Assembly: GCA_043767805.1 (NCBI GenBank)
Contig: JAYUGC010000120.1
Coordinates: forward strand, 1 to 27,673
DNA length: 27,673 nucleotides
Origin: Pseudomonadota bacterium
GTDB lineage: Bacteria; Bdellovibrionota; FAC87; UBA2466
Direction: 5' to 3'
This document shows positions 20,201-26,627 of this stretch, one piece after another (the first letter of the stretch is position 1; every line of letters begins with the position of its first letter). Both the position numbers and the translations under genes were made by a program. The notes beneath the pieces are model-generated. The model worked only from the letters and a program-made list of their open reading frames with translations. It ran no database searches and had not been told where the DNA came from.

Positions 20201-20887
20201 ATTGGTGACCGCAGTCGAACCGCTGGTGGTGTCCCCAGTCACGATATCCGTCTTAGCCGCCCCCGTGGTCGCGTTGAATCGAGCGACAAACGGATGGTAA
20301 TAACTGGGCGAATAAAAACCGACGGCACCGGTAATCACGATTTCGGAGGCAGCCGAGTTGTAAACCATGCCTCGAACAAAGGCGTGCCCCTTGGTGGAAC
20401 TTCCTCCAATGTCGGTGCGAACCACGCCGCCTATCGACGAGGAAAGCGCATCGACGAAGGCGGTTACCAAAGTCCCCGAATGGTCGAACTTCATGATATG
20501 GGCGTCATAATAACCGTTCGTTTTCATCGAACGACACGCCACGTAGTAGTTAGTTCCGTCGGTTACGACGGCAGTGCAAAGATTGTCGTAACCCGCGAAC
20601 TGAAAATCTCGAAAGTATTTCCCTGTTAAGTTTGAGTTGGAGGTGAAAACGCTGTCAGGCGCTCCGCCGGCTTTCAAGAACCCGGAGAGGATGGCATGGT
20701 ACTGGACACCTACCCAGGTGCGACCCACGTTTAGAAATTGAACGGTGTTTCCAGGCTCGAGCGACGTCGCCCGGTAGACCGTGTTACCAGGCCCCACCGC
20801 CTCTCGAACGCCAAATCCCCCTTCCGCAGCACATGGCTGGGCCGCGACTAAAAGAGAGAAAGCTAATAAGGAGAGCAGACGTACCAC
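14231..20887 (-). CDS. Giant secreted/surface protein (2218 aa): N-terminal delta-60-like beta-propeller with inserted repeats, 14 IPT/TIG domains, C-terminal Kelch-like propeller
   Basis: Signal peptide MVRLLSLLAFSLLVAAQPCAA; KFDHSGTLVTAF, TGNLDTSFG and SAGALVGAFGTSG motifs; 14 copies of PTVTxIxPxxGxxxGGTxVTITGTGF...C...TC...FTY; 7 copies of the HTAVWTGSxMLxWGG-type motif. Confidence 0.92.
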   Translation of the reverse strand: MVRLLSLLAFSLLVAAQPCAAEGGFGVREAVGPGNTVYRATSLEPGNTVQFLNVGRTWVGVQYHAILSGFLKAGGAPDSVFTSNSNLTGKYFRDFQFAGYDNLCTAVVTDGTNYYVACRSMKTNGYYDAHIMKFDHSGTLVTAFVDALSSSIGGVVRTDIGGSSTKGHAFVRGMVYNSAASEIVITGAVGFYSPSYYHPFVARFNATTGAAKTDIVTGDTTSGSTAVTNVSSTTNLEVGRVVTGTGIPARTTITAISGATVTLSNAATATGTTVSLTAAHTILNGIQATNTITGDTSSGTNSILNASSTASVSPGQLITGKGIPADTVITAVVGSTLTISNNATATTAGTSLVVSKTIFGTATAIDFDSTNNFYYVASTDNPIVSAVTFTGTTATSSTSITSVSSTSSLYVGEAISGTGIPANATIASVTGTTVTISSAATANGTVTLTARPVHNFYVHKFATANLTLSAAPWGNPVDMVQAGGGTDSITTSIAVNGTQVLTVGSNRINSSTPPWNCTITAHVIATGNLDTSFGVVPISGGVGSKGISIFSQGGATPVNDCILNSVLKPATGTSIHMVGTVYNGSNYDPMAAKVTSAGALVGAFGTSGISSTSVMGSYDDVLNAYSYFGGTTYLYGVGRSNNATFSGGLTVKIDATTGAFAVSPSVTAISPSLGSALGGTPVTVTGTGFVNGSTSVSLGGVACGSLVFSSSTQVTCTTGAHAAGTVDAVVTVGTESGTLKNGFTYLPTITITSITPTAGTTAGGTPVTIVGTNFNFQTTVAIGGSSCTGLAIGSSTALTCSTPAHAAGAVNVVLTNPDATSATLTNGFTYVTPPTVTNVSASFGPIAGGATATITGTGFVDGATIKFGAITCGSVVFSSATTLTCVVPAGSPGPVAVSVTNPDLGVGSLGSGAYTYFAAPTVSTITPNGGPTAGGTAVVIRGTNFHSTATVAIGGVDCGTLTVNSTTQISCTTGAHASGAVDVVVTSVSQTGTLTSGFTYRAAPTVSSVNLSSGSVVGGASVTITGTGFVTGATATFGGSTCTSPNVSNATTMTCTTPSHAAGAVSVVVTNPDNQSGSATAYTFNNVTPTVTAISPTSGSTSGATAVTLTGTGFITGTTASVDGVNCSSVVVVSTTSLTCVTGAHAAGLVNVTATTSGGTGTLTNGYTYREAPSISFVTPNVGPVAGGTPVTITGVNFTGATSASFGASACTAFTAVSDTSITCTTPAGSGAVTVYVSATGLGTLSTGFTYRPAPTVTSVNASSGTVDGGVGVTVTGTGFITGATVTFGGSACTSPVVTSATTITCTTPTHAAGAVSVVVTNPEGQSGSATAYTFTNPVPTVTAIAPAGGAAAGGTPVTITGTGFISGATVAIGGVTCTSPTVVLPTRITCTTGAHGAGAVDVAVTTSGGTGTLTNGYTYQAAPAVTSVSPNGGPLAGGTVVTITGTNFTGGSGATFGGAACTAFTVVSNTSITCTTPAGSGAVNVVVTATGSGTLTNGYTFRAAPTVGSASPASGSPDGGYSVPDVTITGTGFIAGATVTIGGNACVYGSVSNSTTFVCSLIPSHAAGLVSIVITNPDGQSGSGNVFTYAYPTPTVTSITPTVGHSNGGTMVTIAGTGFVTGATVSIGGVTCTSPTVVSSTSMTCITGARAVGLVNVAVTTSGGTGTLTNGFTYRGTPVATSISPTGGALAGGTPVTVTGVNFTGVTSVEFVPSGGSFGQYVCTSLVVVSDTSITCTTPSGSGVVSVYALSPMGAGTATTYTYGAAPKVSSVAPTSGSVAGGTAVTITGTGFLTGATATFGGAACTNRTVVSATSLTCTTPSAAASGIVSVVVTNTDAQSGSKNAFTYFSPGDWFTTSTTSAPSGWMGHTAVWTGSRMLVWGGNTTYDVGSGNTPTNTGGLYSPVTDSWTSISTTNAASARAWHGAVWTGTKMVVWGGFNRTTDTYLNTGGIYDLATDTWTATSVGANVPAAKWTHWYGVPMKWTGSKVLIWGGYEMVGPGSMTLVNTGALFDPTTNQWSVMSTTGAPAARMYHTAVWTGSVMLIWGGYADTYLNTGGKYDPATNTWTAITTTGAPTARVYHVGIWANARLLIWGGQGSGTVLNDGKIYNPATDAWNAISSTNAPSARSGAIGLAVGARSFIWGGSDGVSGTFLNTGSIYAQATNTWTTVPVGSGLLGRTGASSAVYGAGWAIFWGGPRNYHSAGSTASTGDRIQPP
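14234..15337 (-). repeat. Seven Kelch-like repeats (C-terminal propeller)
   Basis: Seven xWGG cores with TGGxY.P.TNTW linkers. Confidence 0.85.
15338..18901 (-). repeat. 14 tandem IPT/TIG domains (~82-89 aa each, each with a Cys pair)
   Basis: Counted manually in the translation, from SPSVTAISP to SKNAFTYF. Confidence 0.9.
19535..20250 (-). repeat. Three ~65-aa repeats TGxTxxxSxxxxxxSST...G..(I/V)(T/S)GxGIPAxTxIxxxxGxTxT(L/I)SxxATA
   Basis: Copies at about 20050-20250, 19820-20020 and 19535-19735; boundaries approximate. Confidence 0.85.
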
Positions 20888-21122
20888 GGATATAGTCTAC
20901 CGCTTGATTGTCGAGCAAATCCCCACACGCCTAAACCTTCGATATACTTTGAAATTATCCAGGCAGCGGCCACGGCGTTGGGCTTGGGGGAACCCAACAC
21001 CGGTTCGGCACAAACACCTGGGGGCTTGAATCCCATTGCATATACGTATTCTCCGAGGCCACTCAGCCTGAAATCTGGCCCCCAAGATGCAGGCTTCTTA
21101 CTTAGCCGGTAAGGAGTGGTAC

Positions 21123-22211
21123 GTGATTTGGAGTTTTCTCTTTGTTTCTCTCAGCGCCTGGGCCCAATCTGGGATGCCTCTGCGGGAGAGTCCTGCCTGC
21201 GAACCCAATCTACATTCGATTTCCGAAAAAGACGTTGCCGAATGGATCGATTTCACTAATCGCCGGGTTCCTCCCTTGAACCGTCTCCTCGTTCGCGACT
21301 CGAAGCACCCAGAGCTGACCAAAGTGAAAGCGCAGCTCGCTCGGAACTCCTTCATCACGGGCGCGTATCTAGATCTCTGCCGCGATCGAGTGCTCGATCA
21401 GGGGACCTGTCTCGAAAAACCGGATCCGTCTTTTCTTTGGGCCTGTGCCGCCGCCCGAGGTTCAGCTACCGCGGGGAGCTACATGAAAGACGGAATTTCG
21501 GCTTACGAAAAGGACATGTCTAGCGGCCAAACCTGGATAGACACGCTGATTGGCCGGAATGCCGTCTTGCCTTCCGTAAAACTTTTGGGAGACGCAAACG
21601 GAAAAATTTTCGAAACGGTCGGTTGGCAACATTTCGCGGCGGCCAAATGCGGGAACGCTTATGCTGTCGCCCTTCTCAGGAAATCTAAACTTCCCAACAA
21701 AACCGAATACCAGGATTTCTGGAAAAAAGCGGAAACGGAAAAAACGTCCGGTCGTTCTTTGCAGACGGCAAAAGACACCTCCACCGAAGACCTTCTCTTG
21801 CTGGAACAGGAATTAATTCAGCCAGAAATGGAATCGAATCAATTCGTGCTGGGAGCACTCTCCCGCAACTCGCTCTTTTCCTCGGGAGTCGTTGGCGCGG
21901 CTTCCTTTCGCGATTACGCCGTGAAGACTCTGGGAACTCGCCCGCTTTCGGTCAACCTGGCCAACTTCGATCAGCGTTTTTCTTGGGAGCTCAACGAAGT
22001 CCTTCCCAAGATATTTGCGGACGTTTTACAGCCTCAATGCAAAGGCATGAACCAACAAGATCAGCTGAGCCGTTTAGTCGGGGAAAAGCAATTCGCCTCG
22101 GCCAACGCCATTGACGGCCTAGGTACGTTCGCTCGCCAGCGAGGCTCCACCGGAGTCGCGTCCGGTGGTATGAGCGAATTTCAGCAGCACTTAGCCTCTA
22201 CGACCCATTAG
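21123..22211 (+). CDS. Secreted hypothetical protein, DUF2515-like
   Basis: AAGGAG SD before GTG 21123; signal peptide VIWSFLFVSLSAWA-Q. The motif order RN..ITGAYL...FLWA.AAA.GS...G, LGDAN..IF..VGWQH, LLEQ..IQP, LANFDQR..W recalls the DUF2515 family; recognised by eye, not by search. Confidence 0.6.
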   Translation: MIWSFLFVSLSAWAQSGMPLRESPACEPNLHSISEKDVAEWIDFTNRRVPPLNRLLVRDSKHPELTKVKAQLARNSFITGAYLDLCRDRVLDQGTCLEKPDPSFLWACAAARGSATAGSYMKDGISAYEKDMSSGQTWIDTLIGRNAVLPSVKLLGDANGKIFETVGWQHFAAAKCGNAYAVALLRKSKLPNKTEYQDFWKKAETEKTSGRSLQTAKDTSTEDLLLLEQELIQPEMESNQFVLGALSRNSLFSSGVVGAASFRDYAVKTLGTRPLSVNLANFDQRFSWELNEVLPKIFADVLQPQCKGMNQQDQLSRLVGEKQFASANAIDGLGTFARQRGSTGVASGGMSEFQQHLASTTH

Positions 22212-22903
22212 AGGCGGCGGGGCTCCACCGGAGTCTCCACCACTTTGCCATCTTGGAGCGCGACTCGGTACGCGCGCGGAGTCGGCTGCGAGCTTACACA
22301 CTCGACGAAGACTTCATTCTCGTAGCGAGCGGCGACGCTGTCGTCGCAAGCAATGCCCGCCTTCATTCCGGCCGCTATGAGCTGGTGATAGGAGGGGCGC
22401 CGTTCTTTTTCGCCGTCGTAGTGGGGGCAATAACTTCCATAGAGATAGCGCAAACAGGTTAGCCCGGTGAGGGCACCCGGGACGGAATCGGTCACGCCTG
22501 CTTCGAACCAGCAAAGTGCCCCGGCGCTAACACCCCCCATGACGGCGCCATTTTCATACGCTTCGCGCATAAAGGCATCGAGGCCCCACTCCCGCCATAG
22601 CGCGAGCAGGTTTCTCGTATTTCCGCCGCCCACGTAAAACACGTCTTTATCCAAAACGTAATCGCGCAAGTCGCCCATTGGGCCTCGGTAGAGAGCCAGG
22701 TGGGAAGGCTCGCAAGGAAGGTTCTTGAAGCACGCGTAGAACTTTTCGATGTACTCCGGCGAATCGCCGCTCGCGGTCGGCACGAAGCACACTTTGGGGC
22801 GCGCTTTGCCGGAAAGCCTGAGCAGCTCCCGGTCTAAGGAAGCATTGCCGGCCTCCATGGAAAAACCGCCGCCTCCCATCGCCAAAATCTGTCGAGTTGC
22901 CAT
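22208..22903 (-). CDS. pepE: Peptidase E (family S51, class I glutamine amidotransferase-like fold)
   Basis: MGGGGFS, CFVPTASGD, YVGGGNTRNLL, GVSAGA (catalytic Ser) and CPHY (His). Start placed at ATG 22903 from promoter geometry. Confidence 0.9.
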   Translation of the reverse strand: MATRQILAMGGGGFSMEAGNASLDRELLRLSGKARPKVCFVPTASGDSPEYIEKFYACFKNLPCEPSHLALYRGPMGDLRDYVLDKDVFYVGGGNTRNLLALWREWGLDAFMREAYENGAVMGGVSAGALCWFEAGVTDSVPGALTGLTCLRYLYGSYCPHYDGEKERRPSYHQLIAAGMKAGIACDDSVAARYENEVFVECVSSQPTPRAYRVALQDGKVVETPVEPRRL

Positions 22904-22910
22904 GAGGCTC

Positions 22911-22939
22911 ATTGTGCAAGCCCTCCCGGGGGCTGGCAA
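22911..22939 (-). promoter_or_regulatory. Promoter TTGCCA-17-CACAAT, 7 nt before the pepE ATG (leaderless geometry)
   Basis: Canonical spacing; no SD. Confidence 0.5.
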
Positions 22940-23069
22940 ATGGGAAGATCAGAATTTCAGCTTGACGCTGAGTTTCATTAAATGAAATTCCAGCAACTTA
23001 GCTCAGCGCAGGTACCGATTTAAACACCCCTTGCCAACCCCACGGCCAAGAGGTTCCACTGTAAGGTCG

Positions 23070-26000
23070 ATGGGCGCCGACTTCACACATCTCCACGTTC
23101 ATACGCAGTACAGCCTGCTAGACAGTGCTTTGCGGCTGGGCGCGCTTTTTAAAAAAGCGTCCGAGGACAAGATGGAAGCCGTGGCAATGACCGACCACGG
23201 CAATATGTTCGGCGCCGTGGACTTCTACCTGAAGGCGAAAGCCCACGGCATCAAGCCCATCATTGGCTGCGAAGTGTACATGGCGCCGCAAAGCCGGCTC
23301 ATGCGCGGCACCCACGGCAGCGGCGACGAAGAGCTCGCGCCCTACTCCACCGCTCGCTCCGGCATGAGCCATCTCATCCTTCTCGTGCAGAACGAGATCG
23401 GGTACCGCAATCTTTGCAAGCTGGTCAGCAGCGGCTATCTCGAAGGCTTTTATTACAAGCCTCGCATCGATAAGGAAATTCTCGCGGCTCATTGCGAAGG
23501 CCTAATCGCGACCTCGGCTTGCCTTAAAGGCGAAGTCACCAACTACGCGGTGCTCGGTGACATGGATCGCGCCCGCGAAGCAGCGATTTGGTACCGCGAT
23601 ATTTTCCAGGGCCGCTTCTATCTCGAAATGCAGGTGAACGGCGTTCCTCAGCAGATGATGGTGAACCAGCGCTTTCAGGAGCTGTCGAAAGATCTCGGCA
23701 TTCCGCTGATTGCGACCGCCGACTGTCACTACCTGACGAAAGAAGACGCCTTCTCTCAAGAAGTGCTCATGGCCATTCAAACCGGCCGCACGTTAGAGTC
23801 GATGAACGCTCCGATCAAGAGCGACGAGTTTTATTTCAAGCCTCAGGAAATCATCAAGAACGAGTTCAGCTTCTGTCCGGACGCCATTTCCAACACCATG
23901 GAAATCGCGCGCCAGTGCAATTACGATTTCCAGTTCACGGACAGCAAAGGCAAACAGATCTTCCACTTTCCGAAGTTCGATCCGCCTCCGGGCAAGACCC
24001 AAGCGGAGCTCCTTCGCGAAGACGCTCTTTCCGGTCTCGAAGCCCGCTTGAAGTTCCGCGCGGAACGCCTTGGCGCCGAGACGACGCCTGAAGAGCACAT
24101 CCACTACATGAAGCGCCTGGAGCGCGAGCTGGGTGTCATCATCGAGATGGGATTCACCGGGTACTTTCTCATCGTCGCGGACTTCATCCGCGCGGCGCGA
24201 GATCGCGGCATTCCCGTTGGGCCCGGCCGCGGCTCGGGCGCGGGCTCTCTCGTGGCCTACGTCTTGAAGATTACCGACCTCGATCCCATCGACAACGGTC
24301 TCATCTTCGAACGTTTCCTAAATCCCGAACGTATCAGTCTTCCCGACTTCGACATCGACTTCTGCATGGATCGCCGTGAAGAGGTGATCCAGTACGTCAT
24401 CGACAAGTACGGCAAGGATTGCGTCGCGCAGATCATCACCTACGGAAAGCTCCAAGCCCGCGGCGTCATCCGCGACGTGGGCCGCGCGTTCGGCCTTCCC
24501 ATTTTCGAGGTCGATAAGGTCGCCAAGCTCGTTCCGGAAACGATCAACATCACCCTCGAGCAAGCGTTCGAACAGGAAGTGCGGCTGCGCACGCTCGTCG
24601 AGACCGATCCGCAGATGCACCGGCTCTTCGAAATTTGCCGCAAGCTCGAAGGCCTTTACCGCCATGCCGGCATCCACGCCGCGGGCGTCGTCATCACCGA
24701 CAAGCCCATGGTTGAGCTCTGCCCGCTCTACAAGGGCAAGAACGACGAAATGGTCGTGCAGTTCGACATGACCCACGCCGATAAGATCGGCCTCATCAAG
24801 TTCGACTTCCTGGGTCTGAAGACGCTGACTTTCCTGCGCAAGGCGGAAGCCTTGGTGAAGCGGCGCCACCCCGAGGCGAATTTCAGCTTGGATCTCATTT
24901 CGCTCAAAGATCGCAAGATGTACGACCAGCTCGCCAAGGGCGATACCCTCGGCGTGTTCCAGCTAGAAAGTTCAGGCATGCAGGACCTGATGAAAAAGCT
25001 GAAGCCGGATTGCTTCGAGGACATCGTCGCTTCGAACGCCCTCTATCGCCCGGGTCCGATGGGCTCCGGCATGTTAGACGATTTCATCAGCCGTAAGCAC
25101 GGACAGACTCAAGTGACTTACGAGTTCGAGTGCTTGAGGCCCGTACTCGAAGAGACCTACGGCGTTATCGTGTATCAGGAACAGGTACAGCAAGTCGCGA
25201 TGGTGCTCGCGGGTTACACCGCCGGCGGCGCCGATCTTCTCCGCCGTGCCATGGGTAAGAAGAAGCCCGAGGAGATGGCGAAGCAGAAGAAGATCTTCTT
25301 GGAAGGCGCCGCGAACGCGAAGTTCGACGTGGTGAAGTCCGAGCGTCTTTTCGACCTCATGGAAAAGTTCGCGGGTTACGGCTTCAATAAGTCGCACGCC
25401 GCCGCTTACTCGCTCATCACCTGCCAAACGGCGTTTCTAAAGACGCATTACACGGTGGAATTTTTCGCGGCGTTACTCACCATCGAAGGTGAGGCGGTCG
25501 ACAAAATCACGAAGTACATCGCCGATGCCAAACGGCGCGGCATCGCGGTGCTGCAACCCGACGTGAACCAATCCGAAATGGACTTCACGGTCGTTTCCGA
25601 AAAAGAAATCCGTTTCGGCCTCGGCGCCATTAAAGGCGTGGGCGAGCTTCCCATCAAAGCGATTTTGGAAGCGCGTCAGTCCGGTGGCCCTTTCGTCGAT
25701 CTTTTCGATCTCGCAGCCCGCTGCAGCGCCCGCACCTGCAACAAGCGCGTGTGGGAAGCGTTCATCAAAGCGGGTGCCTTGGATAGCTTCGGCATCCACC
25801 GCGCTTCGATGATCGCGGCGCTCGACGAAGCTCTCTCGCAAGGCGCGAGCCTCCAGAAAACTCAGGACGACAATCAAGGCAGCTTCCTCGATCTCATGGG
25901 CGGCGAAGACTTGATGCTCACCGATCGTAAAGTCGTCTATCCCGACACGCCTCGCTGGGGACGCGCGGAAGAACTGAAAGCCGAGAAAGAGACCATCGGG

Positions 26001-26627
26001 TTTTTCGTTACCGGCCATCCCTTGGACGATTACAAGAACGAGCTGCAGCGCTACACGACCACCACCGTTTCGGCGGTGGTCGAAAACCCCCGTAGTGGCG
26101 AAGTGATGCTCGGCGCGGAAGTGATCAGCCTTCGGGAAATCATCACGAAGCGCGGCGATCGTATGGCCTTCGTCGGGCTGGAAGACGCCACCGGGCAAAT
26201 CGAAGCGGTGATCTTCTCCGACACTTATCTCGCTAAGGAAGAGATCTTGAAAGCCGGCGCTCCGATCTGGATCAAAGGCCAGATCGAGGTGAACGAAGGC
26301 GCCGCGAAACTCCTGCTTTCGAAAAAGGGAGGCGCCAATATCCTCCCGTTACGCCATGCGTACGAAGCGCTCGCCCGGGAAATGCACGTTCATCTGGATT
26401 TGCCGACCAGTCAGCCGGCGGTCGGCGAGCCCAGCCTGGACAAGCTGCGCCACTTTTTGGGGCAACTCACCGCCAAAGACGGTGTTCCGGTCTTTTTGCA
26501 CCTCCACATGGCCAATAAGGCCATAACGACCCTTCGGGTGAAACAGTCTATTCCCGCTACCCGAGAAGCGGTAAGCTGGATTCGAGAAATTTTTCAGGGA
26601 GAGCAGGTGAATCTTGAATTCCGTTAA
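23070..26627 (+). CDS. dnaE: DNA polymerase III alpha subunit (replicative DnaE)
   Basis: PHP domain HLHVHTQYSLLD, GPGRGSGAGS, PDFDIDF, KFDFLGL, FAGYGFNKSHA, clamp-binding-like QGSFL motif and OB fold. About 1185 aa with no intein. Confidence 0.98.
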   Translation: MGADFTHLHVHTQYSLLDSALRLGALFKKASEDKMEAVAMTDHGNMFGAVDFYLKAKAHGIKPIIGCEVYMAPQSRLMRGTHGSGDEELAPYSTARSGMSHLILLVQNEIGYRNLCKLVSSGYLEGFYYKPRIDKEILAAHCEGLIATSACLKGEVTNYAVLGDMDRAREAAIWYRDIFQGRFYLEMQVNGVPQQMMVNQRFQELSKDLGIPLIATADCHYLTKEDAFSQEVLMAIQTGRTLESMNAPIKSDEFYFKPQEIIKNEFSFCPDAISNTMEIARQCNYDFQFTDSKGKQIFHFPKFDPPPGKTQAELLREDALSGLEARLKFRAERLGAETTPEEHIHYMKRLERELGVIIEMGFTGYFLIVADFIRAARDRGIPVGPGRGSGAGSLVAYVLKITDLDPIDNGLIFERFLNPERISLPDFDIDFCMDRREEVIQYVIDKYGKDCVAQIITYGKLQARGVIRDVGRAFGLPIFEVDKVAKLVPETINITLEQAFEQEVRLRTLVETDPQMHRLFEICRKLEGLYRHAGIHAAGVVITDKPMVELCPLYKGKNDEMVVQFDMTHADKIGLIKFDFLGLKTLTFLRKAEALVKRRHPEANFSLDLISLKDRKMYDQLAKGDTLGVFQLESSGMQDLMKKLKPDCFEDIVASNALYRPGPMGSGMLDDFISRKHGQTQVTYEFECLRPVLEETYGVIVYQEQVQQVAMVLAGYTAGGADLLRRAMGKKKPEEMAKQKKIFLEGAANAKFDVVKSERLFDLMEKFAGYGFNKSHAAAYSLITCQTAFLKTHYTVEFFAALLTIEGEAVDKITKYIADAKRRGIAVLQPDVNQSEMDFTVVSEKEIRFGLGAIKGVGELPIKAILEARQSGGPFVDLFDLAARCSARTCNKRVWEAFIKAGALDSFGIHRASMIAALDEALSQGASLQKTQDDNQGSFLDLMGGEDLMLTDRKVVYPDTPRWGRAEELKAEKETIGFFVTGHPLDDYKNELQRYTTTTVSAVVENPRSGEVMLGAEVISLREIITKRGDRMAFVGLEDATGQIEAVIFSDTYLAKEEILKAGAPIWIKGQIEVNEGAAKLLLSKKGGANILPLRHAYEALAREMHVHLDLPTSQPAVGEPSLDKLRHFLGQLTAKDGVPVFLHLHMANKAITTLRVKQSIPATREAVSWIREIFQGEQVNLEFR

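Noticed and set aside
20820..20887. Cys in the giant protein's signal region as a lipoprotein anchor
   Set aside because: AQPC does not fit the lipobox consensus. A signal peptidase I site after CAA fits better.
12604..22184. 15-bp exact match ATGAGCGAATTTCAG at the fumA start (12604-12618) and near the end of the DUF2515-like gene (22170-22184)
   Set aside because: One 15-mer match somewhere in 27 kb is plausible by chance. The positions do not bracket the islet cleanly, and no integrase is present.
23054..23064. TTCC-ACT-GTAA just upstream of dnaE, one mismatch from the TTAC-N3-GTAA LexA box recalled for Bdellovibrio
   Set aside because: A short motif with a mismatch, in a host of uncertain taxonomy. 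This is replicative DnaE with no imuA/imuB cassette.
23070..26627. Intein or frameshift in dnaE
   Set aside because: Length and motif order are those of an uninterrupted DnaE, with no intein splice motifs.
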